Notes under the pieces: generated by a model
The model's database searches: none
What the model was told of the DNA's origin: nothing
What the model saw: the letters and a program-made list of their open reading frames with translations, nothing else
In this document: positions 9,177-17,988 of the stretch, piece by piece
Layout: each line of letters begins with the position of its first letter
How positions within the stretch are numbered: position 1 is the first letter of the stretch
Program-made: the position numbers and the translations under genes
Assembly: GCA_035567015.1 (NCBI GenBank)
Contig: DATMPQ010000166.1
Span: forward strand, 1 to 52,185
DNA length: 52,185 nt
Direction: 5' to 3'
From: Chthoniobacterales bacterium
Lineage (GTDB): Bacteria; Verrucomicrobiota; Verrucomicrobiia; Chthoniobacterales; UBA10450

Positions 9177-11348
9177 ATGCGACGCGCCATTCGTCTTATT
9201 CTGTGCAACGCATTGGCCGGGTCCGCGCTGCTCGCGCAGAACGCCGTCGATCTGCCGCAACAGGAAGAAAGGGACAAAGCGAAACGGGCGGTCGCGAAGC
9301 AGCAGGAGAAGCAGGCGCAGCACGCCAGCGTGATCGAATTTCGCGGCCAGCACGCGTTTGATGAAAAGGAATTGCGATCGCAATTAAAAGAGCAGATCAC
9401 GACGATCAATGATTTCGGACTAACCGCAGCGCGCGGAGATGATCTCGCTTTTTTTCTCGCTGTTTTTTACCGGAAACATGGCTACGCGAAAGTGGACGTG
9501 CGTTATGTGATCGAAGCGGGTGATCGTTTGCGTCTGGAAATCAACGAAGGCCCCCTCCTGACGTTGGGGAATGTGATTTTTGACGGCAACGCAAAAGAAC
9601 CGGCAGATAAGCTATTCGCGTACGCGGTCGGGCCGACCCGCGAACGCTATTCGAAATTGCAAAGAAATCTCCCTTTCGTCGCTGCCGATATTCAAGAAGG
9701 CGCCGATCTTGTCCACCGGTTCTATATCGCGGAAGGGTTCCTCGATGCCGTGATCGATCCTCCGCGCTACACCTATCGCGAGCAAAGCAACCAGGTGGAC
9801 GCGACCATCCCGATTCACGAAGGAAAGCAATATTTTTTCGGCGAAGTCTCATTTACCGGGCGGGCCATTTACGACGCGGAAACGTTGCGCGGGCAAATGC
9901 TCGATCTCTTGCAGCAACCGTACACCGATGCACGCGTCGCCGATATCCCGCGCCGTTTGCAGACCTACTTTAAGACGCGCGGTTACTATGATGTGAAAGT
10001 CGAAGCTACTGGTGCGCCGGAGCAGGCTGTGAATGGTCGCGTGCCGGTCGAGATCGCGATTACAGCCGGACCGCTTTACCATTTTGACGGCGTGACGGTG
10101 AGAGGACTGGATCGTCTGCACCCCAGTTATGTGATCAAGCGATTTAGCAAGCTGAACGGCCAAACCTATAGTCCCGACGTTCTCGACGAGAGATTCCGCA
10201 CGTTGATGCGAACAGGTCTCTTCAACGTCCTGCAAATTAAACCGGTGCCGGTCGATGGAAATCTATTGCGGCTCGACATCTCGGCGGAAGAAGCCAAGAG
10301 CAAGGAGTTCGGTTTTTCCATCGGCTACGGCTCATACGAAGGTGGGATTTTCGGCGTGCAATTTCGCGATCGCGATCTCTTCGGTTACGGGCGTCCCTTC
10401 ACCACCTCGATTGAAGTGTCGCAGCGAGGTTACAAAGGCGAAATTGCCTACGAAGACCCGTTCTTTTTCGACACCGATTTTGCTTTCAAAACGCGGCTGG
10501 CGGCTTTGACTTTCGATTTCGACGGCTATTCCAAGTTCGAGCTGGGCGGCCGCCTCGAGTTGACGCGCAAGATTACAAAACAGGACGAGGCTGGCGTGAT
10601 CTTTGCCGTTCGACGTGTCGAAATAACCACCGCCGAGATCAAGCCCGTTTTCCTGGGTGAGACGCCATATTTGGTGAACACGCTGGGCTTCACGAACACG
10701 TTTGATCTGCGTGAGAGCCCTCTCGTGTCGCCCCGGGGCCTCGTCATCAATAACACCCTCGACTTGGCGTTGAGCGCATTCGGGAGCGAGATCGAATTCG
10801 TCCGCGGCACAGGCCGGGTCGGCTATTATCTTCCTTTTGGACCAAAGCCGCTCGTTCCTGGTGTGGTGGAAGATAATACGGACAGCGGTTTGCAGCGCTG
10901 GTTCCGGCAGTCCTCCCTCGCGTTCGGCGCCCGCGCCGGCATTATTCATTCGCTCACGACCAGCGGAGCAAACGAGGCGACGGCGATCCCGATCGACGAA
11001 CGCTTTTTCAATGGCGGCGGCAATACGGTGCGAAGCTTCGGCGAGCGCGACCTCGGCCCACACGATCACCGAGGTCATCCACTAGGGGGCGAATTTTTTA
11101 CGGTCTTTAACATTGAGTACACCTTTCCGATTTTCGGTGAATTGGAGGGAGCGCTATTCACCGATGCCGGTAATCTTTTACCGAGTGCGGAGGAACCCGG
11201 CCTCAACGAGATGCGTTACGCGCTCGGCGCCGGCTTGCGCTACAAGTTGCCCATTGGACCAGTCCGCCTTGATTATGGAGTTAATCCTAATCCGCAGAAT
11301 GGCGAAGATTCCGGCGCATTCCATTTCAGTTTTGGCTTTGCTTTCTGA
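9177..11348 (+). CDS. Omp85-family outer membrane protein (TamA/BamA-like, POTRA + beta-barrel)
   Basis: Signal peptide, POTRA-like repeats, a barrel region with RFFNGGGNTVRSFGERDLGP and a terminal aromatic beta-signal FHFSFGFAF. The start is 1 nt after the tamB stop. Confidence 0.8.
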   Translation: MRRAIRLILCNALAGSALLAQNAVDLPQQEERDKAKRAVAKQQEKQAQHASVIEFRGQHAFDEKELRSQLKEQITTINDFGLTAARGDDLAFFLAVFYRKHGYAKVDVRYVIEAGDRLRLEINEGPLLTLGNVIFDGNAKEPADKLFAYAVGPTRERYSKLQRNLPFVAADIQEGADLVHRFYIAEGFLDAVIDPPRYTYREQSNQVDATIPIHEGKQYFFGEVSFTGRAIYDAETLRGQMLDLLQQPYTDARVADIPRRLQTYFKTRGYYDVKVEATGAPEQAVNGRVPVEIAITAGPLYHFDGVTVRGLDRLHPSYVIKRFSKLNGQTYSPDVLDERFRTLMRTGLFNVLQIKPVPVDGNLLRLDISAEEAKSKEFGFSIGYGSYEGGIFGVQFRDRDLFGYGRPFTTSIEVSQRGYKGEIAYEDPFFFDTDFAFKTRLAALTFDFDGYSKFELGGRLELTRKITKQDEAGVIFAVRRVEITTAEIKPVFLGETPYLVNTLGFTNTFDLRESPLVSPRGLVINNTLDLALSAFGSEIEFVRGTGRVGYYLPFGPKPLVPGVVEDNTDSGLQRWFRQSSLAFGARAGIIHSLTTSGANEATAIPIDERFFNGGGNTVRSFGERDLGPHDHRGHPLGGEFFTVFNIEYTFPIFGELEGALFTDAGNLLPSAEEPGLNEMRYALGAGLRYKLPIGPVRLDYGVNPNPQNGEDSGAFHFSFGFAF

Positions 11349-11423
11349 TTGCCAGGCAGGGACGCGCGTCCGTCGATTCCTTTTCGCAGAGAAGAATCGT
11401 GCGACAACTTCTCGGCCTCAGAA

Positions 11424-12929
11424 ATGAAAGAACCACAATCAAATTTGCACACTGGTCTGAGTGAACTCGGCGATGTTCCGCCGGCGGTTTTTCGCGAACA
11501 ACTTCATCAGCTCGCCGATTGGATTGCAGATTATCGGGAAACAATCGGTGAGCGTCCGGTCGCTCCAAACGCAAAGCCGGGCGCGATCCTCGCCGCATTA
11601 CCGGCGGAACCTCCTGAAGATGGCGAATCGTTTGGGAGAATTCTGGCCGACATTGATCGGGTGATCGTTCCCGGACTCGTGCATTGGGGACATCCACTCT
11701 TCATGGGTTACTTCGGCTGGACGACAACGGCACCCGGCATCCTCGGCGAAATCATTACCGCGCCGCTGAACGTAAACGCGATGACTTGGCGCACGTCACC
11801 GGCTGCGACCGAGCTGGAAACGCTGGTGATCGATTGGCTCCGCCAATGGCTGCACTTGCCGGAGGAATTTGACGGTGTCGTTTACGATACGGCCTCGGTA
11901 GGAATCATGCACGCGCTCGCGGTCGCGCGCGAGCAAGCCGCGCCCTCCACCCGCAAGCTCGGACTCGCCGGTCGCGCCGATGTCCCGCGATTTCGTATTT
12001 ACACTTCTGATCAAGCGCACAGCTCCGTGGAAAAAGCGGCGATTGCGCTTGGGCTGGGCGAGGAAAATGTGCAACGCGTTCCGAGTGACGCCGAATTTCG
12101 AATGGAAGTGGCGACATTGCGCGAAATGATTGGGCATGATCTTCGGGAAAAATTCAAGCCGCTTGCTGTCGTTGCCACAGTCGGCACAACATCGACCGCG
12201 AGCGTCGATCCAATCGCCGAGGTCGCGCGGATCTGCCGCGAACAGAAAACGTGGCTGCACATCGACGGCGCTTACGGCTCCGGACTAGCCCTTTTGCCCG
12301 AATGCAAATGGGTGACGGCGGGTTGGAGCGAAGCGGATTCGATCGTGGCCAATCCACACAAAATGCTTTTTGTGCCGCTGGATTTCAGCGTGCTTTACCT
12401 GCGGGATCTCGAACGACTCCGCCGCGTCTTTACCCTCGTGCCCGAGTATCTGCGCGGGGATACGGTGGAGGCGGAGAAAAATTACATGGATTACGGAATC
12501 CAACTTGGGAGAAGATTTCGTGCCTTAAAAGCCTGGATCGTTTTTCGCACATTTGGCCGCGCTGGAATGGCCGCGCGCATTCGCGATCATCTGCGGCTGG
12601 CTAATCTGCTGGCCGACCGGATTAAGATCGATAACCGCTTCGAGCTGGCCGCTCCGGTGGTGATGCCGGTTGTTTGTTTTCGATTCATCGCCATCGACAA
12701 AAAGGACTCCGAAAGCGTTCACCAGTCGAAGATCGACATGATAAATAGCGAGATCGTGGAGCGAATCAACGCGAGTGGGCGCGCTTATCTCACGCAAACG
12801 AAGTTGCATGGTCGAACTGTCATGCGAATCGGGTTGGGAAATGTTCTTACGACTGAGCAGCATTTGCGGAATGTGTGGGGATTAATCCAGCTCACCGCAG
12901 GCGAGATTGCAGGCAGGGCTAAGCTCTAG
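11424..12929 (+). CDS. Group II pyridoxal-dependent (aromatic-L-amino-acid type) decarboxylase
   Basis: HWGHPLFMGYF, HIDGAYGS and the PLP-lysine motif NPHKMLF. Start set at MKEPQSN (ATG 11424). Confidence 0.85.
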   Translation: MKEPQSNLHTGLSELGDVPPAVFREQLHQLADWIADYRETIGERPVAPNAKPGAILAALPAEPPEDGESFGRILADIDRVIVPGLVHWGHPLFMGYFGWTTTAPGILGEIITAPLNVNAMTWRTSPAATELETLVIDWLRQWLHLPEEFDGVVYDTASVGIMHALAVAREQAAPSTRKLGLAGRADVPRFRIYTSDQAHSSVEKAAIALGLGEENVQRVPSDAEFRMEVATLREMIGHDLREKFKPLAVVATVGTTSTASVDPIAEVARICREQKTWLHIDGAYGSGLALLPECKWVTAGWSEADSIVANPHKMLFVPLDFSVLYLRDLERLRRVFTLVPEYLRGDTVEAEKNYMDYGIQLGRRFRALKAWIVFRTFGRAGMAARIRDHLRLANLLADRIKIDNRFELAAPVVMPVVCFRFIAIDKKDSESVHQSKIDMINSEIVERINASGRAYLTQTKLHGRTVMRIGLGNVLTTEQHLRNVWGLIQLTAGEIAGRAKL

Positions 12930-14488
12930 TCCCTTTTCTCTACCGGGGGTTGTCGAACATCGTTTGCGGCAGGGAGCTGCCCGCAGATGGCGCCGGTGAA
13001 AAAATGCGAATACACGTCGCGAATGCGATCGACGTCTGGCCTGACTTCGGCGCGCGCGAAACCGGCGCGCCTAAATGCGCGGCGCCACTGATCGGCGGTG
13101 AGGAAACCCGGATTCGGACGAATTTCGGGCTCGGTATTCACGTCGGTAAAGCTGTCTAAGATCTGAAAGATCAGCTCGGCGTAGATCGGCTGATGGAGGT
13201 TCGGCCGCATGCACTCGCCGATCACCAGCCAACCTTCAACCGCGAGCGCGTCACGCGCCTGGCCCAAGCTAAATAAGAGGTTCTTAGCGACATGCAGGAC
13301 GTTAACGCCGAATACGAGATCAAATTCGCCGCGGGCCGCGCCTTGAGCTTCCCATGGCAAATTGATGTCGAGCAACGCCCACTCCAGCGGCAGATCGCAA
13401 TACTGCTTGGATAATTCACGCTGGCCGCGCCGCCGGAAAAAGGCGCTCGGTTCCGTAATGAGGTAGCGCTCTATGCGCGGCAGCAACCCGCGGTTACCAA
13501 ACCAGCGCAGCAAGATTTCGCTAGCGCTGCCAGCGCCGGCGCCGAGCTCTAAGATTCGCAGCTTGGGCCGAGTGGCCAGGCGGTCGGCAGCGAGAACCGC
13601 AGTCGCCCAGTTATTCACGGCGTAAGTCAAGTTATCATTGTGAAAATAATTCAGCCACAGCGGTATAGTCTCCGCTGCCAAGAGGCCATGCTCACCATTC
13701 TGCTCGCCGCGCGCAATCGCGGGATAAAGGTTCGCTGCCCGGTCTAACAAATCCAAAGTCGCCGCATTGGCGAAGTCGATATCAAGGCCGATTGCGCGCA
13801 AGCGTGCAAGCTCAGGTGGCCAGGGCGCATGCAGCAGACGATACGAGCGGGTCTCCCGATCCATTCGCGCCCCGATGCAACCGGTCTCGAGCAGACGCCT
13901 CAAAAGCCAATCCAGCGAGGAACTGAAACGTGGCTGAAATGAAAGCGCCTGACAAAGCTCGTGAGCGGATCGCCACTCACCGAGTTGGTCAATCACGCCC
14001 AATCGGCCAAGCAGATCGATCGCGAGATCGATGCTATAACGCTCTATTAGTTCCATGCTTTGATACAACCGTTCGTTGAATAGCGACGGCGGGTAACCTT
14101 GAAGCCACTGCGCCAGGCGCGGATCGTATGGTCCAGGGTTGAAAGCAGGCGGTTTGGATGACGCGGCGACCGTTATATCAGGTTCCGTGCAAACGATGTC
14201 GAGGCGGCCTTCAGCTATTACGCGGCCTTCAACACGGCAGCAAAAATCGACCTCCGTCTTCGTACCCTTCGCCGCAGTGAGACAAATGGTAAAGGGTTGC
14301 TCAGGCTTTAAGGGCAGGACAAACTTGACTGCCCTGATGCCGGTCAAGTAACAATCTTTGCGCCATTCGGCCAGAGCGGCTGCGACTTCATCGAGGATCA
14401 CTACGCCCGGCACGATAGGCGCGCCTGGGAAATGCCCGGCCAGGCTGGGATGGTCTGCGCGAATTGCCCGGCAAATTTCAAAGCTCAT
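12926..14488 (-). CDS. Fusion protein: N-terminal hot-dog (FabA/ApeP-like dehydratase) domain + class I SAM-dependent methyltransferase
   Basis: HPSLAGHFPGAPIVPGVVILDE hot-dog motif, then LRILELGAGAGSASEILL (SAM-binding GxGxG). Its stop overlaps the decarboxylase stop in a shared CTAG (12926-12929). Confidence 0.65.
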   Translation of the reverse strand: MSFEICRAIRADHPSLAGHFPGAPIVPGVVILDEVAAALAEWRKDCYLTGIRAVKFVLPLKPEQPFTICLTAAKGTKTEVDFCCRVEGRVIAEGRLDIVCTEPDITVAASSKPPAFNPGPYDPRLAQWLQGYPPSLFNERLYQSMELIERYSIDLAIDLLGRLGVIDQLGEWRSAHELCQALSFQPRFSSSLDWLLRRLLETGCIGARMDRETRSYRLLHAPWPPELARLRAIGLDIDFANAATLDLLDRAANLYPAIARGEQNGEHGLLAAETIPLWLNYFHNDNLTYAVNNWATAVLAADRLATRPKLRILELGAGAGSASEILLRWFGNRGLLPRIERYLITEPSAFFRRRGQRELSKQYCDLPLEWALLDINLPWEAQGAARGEFDLVFGVNVLHVAKNLLFSLGQARDALAVEGWLVIGECMRPNLHQPIYAELIFQILDSFTDVNTEPEIRPNPGFLTADQWRRAFRRAGFARAEVRPDVDRIRDVYSHFFTGAICGQLPAANDVRQPPVEKRD

Positions 14489-14517
14489 TTGTCGCGCACT
14501 CCCAAGACAATGATCAT

Positions 14518-14958
14518 TTAAAGCGATCGCGTGCGCAACATAATGGTAATGCGTCCGTCGGCCAAAAGAGCATCGCCGGCCACGACATGGCATTCGTAAA
14601 TTGCATTGCCGCCGTCTCCGAACAAGCGTTGCGCGCGAACCTCGAGCGGCGAATCAATGTCATCCAGGCGCACGACCTGCAAATGCGCATCCCGCAGCGC
14701 GGCGAGATAATACGGCGGCGCGGCCACACCCTCTGATCTCGCTCGCAATCCGCCGTGCACGGCAGCCGCCTGTGCACCATATTCGAAAGCATGTAACGCT
14801 GATAGCCGGCCATCACGGCGCAGCGGATTGGCCGGATCGCGATGCGTTTCACTCGTACACACAATCGACTGGTCGTCCCACTTGAGCACGCTATCCAACA
14901 GACACATAAGACCGGCATGCGGAATGAGCGTGCGAATTTCCGCTTTGATTATAGGCAT
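14518..14958 (-). CDS. Hot-dog fold 3-hydroxyacyl-ACP/thioester dehydratase-like protein
   Basis: The N-terminal LIPHAGLMCLLDSVLKWDD pattern is typical of FabZ/ApeI-like dehydratases. 146 aa, in an operon with the flanking lipid-type genes. Confidence 0.6.
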   Translation of the reverse strand: MPIIKAEIRTLIPHAGLMCLLDSVLKWDDQSIVCTSETHRDPANPLRRDGRLSALHAFEYGAQAAAVHGGLRARSEGVAAPPYYLAALRDAHLQVVRLDDIDSPLEVRAQRLFGDGGNAIYECHVVAGDALLADGRITIMLRTRSL

Positions 14959-14998
14959 ATTCGGTTAGCAGCTCTTACATTTTTTAACCGAGCGGCCG

Positions 14999-15943
14999 TT
15001 AATCCCAAAATGAATAGAAGTTAAACCAGTTATAAGGCGCAAGCCGCGTGTAATGCTCCAGGCGATCGACGTAACGTTGCATCCAGTGCTGGATGTCCTG
15101 CGCGCGCCGGTCGCGATTCAGGATTACTTCCTCAGTCAATTGCTCAAAGTAGATTTCGTAGTGGTTGCCCCCCCGGTAAAGGCCGAAAAACAGGATAACA
15201 GGGCAATGCATGACCGCGGCAAGTAGGATCGGGCCGGCCGGGAATGTAGCCGGCGCACCTAAGAACTGACATTGCGTGGTTTTGCCGTCGCTCGAGACGC
15301 GGTCGCCTAACGTGCCAATCAGAAAACCCGCGTCCAAGCCCTCTTTAACTCTAAGCGAGGCATCCGCTCGATCCGAAACGATCACTGTGTTGGCGATTTC
15401 TGGATTAAGCATATCAAGAAAGCGGGTGATGTTCTCGTTGTGCGTGGTATCCATCAGCACCTTGAGCGGAAAATCCTGCTGCGTCACGCCCATGGTACGC
15501 AACACCTCGAAACTACCCAAGTGAGAGCCCAGAACGATGCAGCCCTTTCCGCTTTCGACCTGGCGGTGTGGGATTTCTTTGTGATGAAACGTTATGTTAA
15601 AGCGCGGGAACTCGCCTTTTAGCAGATACAGCCGATCTAATACGGTGGCGGCGAAACAATGAAAATGGCGAAACACATGCCACCAGTGGACCGGGTGGCC
15701 GCACACCCGGCTTAAGTACTCACGCGATACCCGCCGCGCTGCATGTGCGCTGATCAGGAAATAAAGTGTGATAGGATACAGCAGCAGCCTCACCGCCGAG
15801 CGCCCGATGTGCTCCGCGATCCAATTGATCAGCGGCAGCATGGCGGGCGTGCCGCGCTCCGGCAAATCCGACCAACGGCGCGCGTGCAAGCCTCTGTTTA
15901 ACGTCATCGTGACAGTTTTTTCTTCTGGTTGATCGCTGAACAT
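14999..15943 (-). CDS. Lysophospholipid acyltransferase (LPLAT/LpxL-like) family protein
   Basis: Membrane-anchored N-terminus (LLLYPITLYFLI) and acyltransferase core (VLGSHLGSFEVLR). The ORF runs to a GTG at 15961; ATG alternatives are at 15943 and 15907. Confidence 0.6.
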   Translation of the reverse strand: MFSDQPEEKTVTMTLNRGLHARRWSDLPERGTPAMLPLINWIAEHIGRSAVRLLLYPITLYFLISAHAARRVSREYLSRVCGHPVHWWHVFRHFHCFAATVLDRLYLLKGEFPRFNITFHHKEIPHRQVESGKGCIVLGSHLGSFEVLRTMGVTQQDFPLKVLMDTTHNENITRFLDMLNPEIANTVIVSDRADASLRVKEGLDAGFLIGTLGDRVSSDGKTTQCQFLGAPATFPAGPILLAAVMHCPVILFFGLYRGGNHYEIYFEQLTEEVILNRDRRAQDIQHWMQRYVDRLEHYTRLAPYNWFNFYSFWD

Positions 15944-16018
15944 GGCCAGGCGTTTATCCACGCAGAGACGAAGTACACTACCCTTTGCCTAAATCTTAAC
16001 CAGACCGGAATTCGCCGG

Positions 16019-16153
16019 GTGACATTTTCTGGTCGACAGTTGCACGGTCGCACAGTCCGGCGGATCGGTTTGGGCAACGTCCGTACCACGGAGCAACACC
16101 TGCGCGACGTCTGGCAACTGATCCAGACGACAGCGACCGAAGATGCCGTCTAA
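16019..16153 (+). pseudogene. Orphan 3'-terminal fragment of a PLP decarboxylase gene (homologous to 12800-12929)
   Basis: The translation QLHGRTVRRIGLGNVRTTEQHLRDVWQLIQTTATEDAV* aligns with the C-terminus of the intact gene KLHGRTVMRIGLGNVLTTEQHLRNVWGLIQLTAGEIAG (29/38 identical). No upstream gene body is present. Confidence 0.7.
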
Positions 16154-16341
16154 TTTTGGCTAACAGGCGCTGTTCTTGCCGGCGATCCAGAGGCGGGTTT
16201 CTCTTGACAAACGGGCGTATTTATCAAACTCTGGGAAACAACTTTGAATCGGGGAGACGACGCCTCCCGGTAGGCTTCTTTCGTCCTGTTTCAGAGTTGC
16301 CACTCGCAGAATCAAGCACCGGGGAAACAAAGGAATCATAT

Positions 16342-17886
16342 ATGCATCATCTTATTCGGCTAACGAATACAAGTTCATCCGTACAAACTTCGAACCGCCC
16401 CAAATGCTTTCGGGGTTTTCTTCTCATTGCGGTCGCGTTCGTCTGCCTTGGGCTTTCGCCGACAGTGCAAGCCGTGCTTCCCTCGCCAACGCCGGACGGC
16501 GGCTATGGCGGCGGCAACACGGCCGAGGGCACGAACGCTCTCTTTAGCCGTACCACCGGCGTCTGGAATACGGCCCTGGGTTATCAAGCGCTGTATCACG
16601 TAACCACCGGCAACCAGAACACCGCGACTGGTTTTCAAACGCTCTTTAAGACCACCACCGGCAGCTTGAGCGTGGCCAACGGTTCGCAAGCGCTGTATAA
16701 CAACACCACCGGCAGCTTTAACACGGCCACCGGGTTTCGCACGCTCTACACCAACACTACTGGCAGCAATAACACGGGTAATGGGTATGAAGCGCTCGCT
16801 CTCAATACCACCGGCCAGGATAACGTTGCCAACGGTTTTTTCGCGCTCTTTAACAACACGACCGGCAACTTTAATACGGCCATCGGGTTCCAAGCGCTCT
16901 CTGCCAATACCGCTGGCATCGATAACACGGGTAGTGGGTATCAAGCGCTCGCTTCCAATACCACCGGCCAGGATAACGTCGCCAACGGTTTTCTCGCGCT
17001 TTTTAGCAACACCACCGGCAGTGATAACACGGCCAATGGAGTTCAAGCGCTCTCCTCAAATACGGCGGGTGACCATAACATGGCCACCGGGTTTCAAGCG
17101 CTCTTTAGGAACACCACCGGCTTCGCTAACACGGCCAATGGTACAGAGGCGCTCTTTGGCAACACCACCGGCAGCGATAACACGGCTAGTGGCTTTCAAG
17201 CGCTCACCTCTAATACCGCTGGCACCGATAACACGGCCAACGGTCTTGACGCGCTTTTTGGCAACACCACCGGCGCCCGTAACATTGGTTTGGGCAAAGC
17301 AGCCGGCTTTTTTCTTACTACGGGCAATGACAATATTGATATCGGCAACGTTGGTGGTACTGGCGAGTCCAGCACCATCCGCATCGGCACCGAAGGAACC
17401 CAGACGGCCACCTTTATCGCCGGCATTAGCGGGGCAACGGTTGCAGGAGGCGTAGGGGTAATTATAGATACCAACGGTCAGCTCGGCACGGTACTTTCCT
17501 CGGAGCGTTTCAAGGACGACATCAAGCCGATGGACGAGGCGAGCGAAGCGATTCTCGCGCTCAAACCGGTCACCTTCCGCTACAAGCACGAGCTTGATCC
17601 CAAAGGCATCCCGCAGTTTGGCCTCGTGGCCGAGGAAGTGGAAAAGGTCAATCCCGCTCTGGTGGCTCGCGACGGTCAGGGGAAAGTTTACACTGTGCGC
17701 TACGAGGCGGTGAACGCGATGTTGCTCAACGAGTTCCTCAAAGAACACCGCACAGTCCAAGAACAGCAGAAGGAAATTAAGGCCCTCGCCGCTCAACTAA
17801 AGGAGCAAGCGGCGCTACTCCAGAAGGTAAGCGACCGGCTCGAACTGAGCAAACCCGCTCCGCAAATGGCCGTCAATAGTCAGTAA
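16342..17886 (+). CDS. Secreted repeat protein with phage tail-fibre-like C-terminal intramolecular chaperone (peptidase S74-like) domain
   Basis: AAGGAA RBS-like sequence before ATG 16342 and a signal/anchor FLLIAVAFVCLGL. There are fifteen 17-aa repeats. C-terminal ERFKDDIKPMD...LKPVTFRYKHELDPKGIPQFGLVAEEVEKVNPALV, then a coiled coil. Confidence 0.75.
   Translation: MHHLIRLTNTSSSVQTSNRPKCFRGFLLIAVAFVCLGLSPTVQAVLPSPTPDGGYGGGNTAEGTNALFSRTTGVWNTALGYQALYHVTTGNQNTATGFQTLFKTTTGSLSVANGSQALYNNTTGSFNTATGFRTLYTNTTGSNNTGNGYEALALNTTGQDNVANGFFALFNNTTGNFNTAIGFQALSANTAGIDNTGSGYQALASNTTGQDNVANGFLALFSNTTGSDNTANGVQALSSNTAGDHNMATGFQALFRNTTGFANTANGTEALFGNTTGSDNTASGFQALTSNTAGTDNTANGLDALFGNTTGARNIGLGKAAGFFLTTGNDNIDIGNVGGTGESSTIRIGTEGTQTATFIAGISGATVAGGVGVIIDTNGQLGTVLSSERFKDDIKPMDEASEAILALKPVTFRYKHELDPKGIPQFGLVAEEVEKVNPALVARDGQGKVYTVRYEAVNAMLLNEFLKEHRTVQEQQKEIKALAAQLKEQAALLQKVSDRLELSKPAPQMAVNSQ
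16516..17280 (+). repeat. Coding tandem repeat, 15 x 51 nt (17-aa unit N-T-A-x-G-x-x-A-L-x-x-N-T-T-G-x-x)
   Basis: Counted from NTAEG (16516) to the residue before NIGLG (17281), which is exactly 15 units. It explains the long spurious antisense ORFs here. Confidence 0.85.
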
Positions 17887-17921
17887 GGTAGCGGAGCCGG
17901 ACAAGCAGCGTTTAGATTGTC

Positions 17922-17946
17922 GATGGCGGGCGACACGCCCGCCATC
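17922..17946 (+). terminator. Candidate terminator hairpin after the tail-fibre-like gene
   Basis: 11-bp perfect stem GATGGCGGGCG / CGCCCGCCATC with a 3-nt loop, 36 nt after the stop. The downstream T tract is weak (ACAGTTTG). Confidence 0.45.
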
Positions 17947-17988
17947 ACAGTTTGCCATTGAGCGCGCTCTGAAACATAGTTAGGCGCG

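Noticed and set aside
16375-17796. Long minus-strand ORFs (223 aa and 246 aa) and a 224-aa + strand ORF inside the tail-fibre-like gene.
   Set aside because: They are by-products of the 51-nt coding repeat. They have periodic low-complexity translations and no independent start context. The sense frame carries the signal peptide and the recognisable C-terminal domain.
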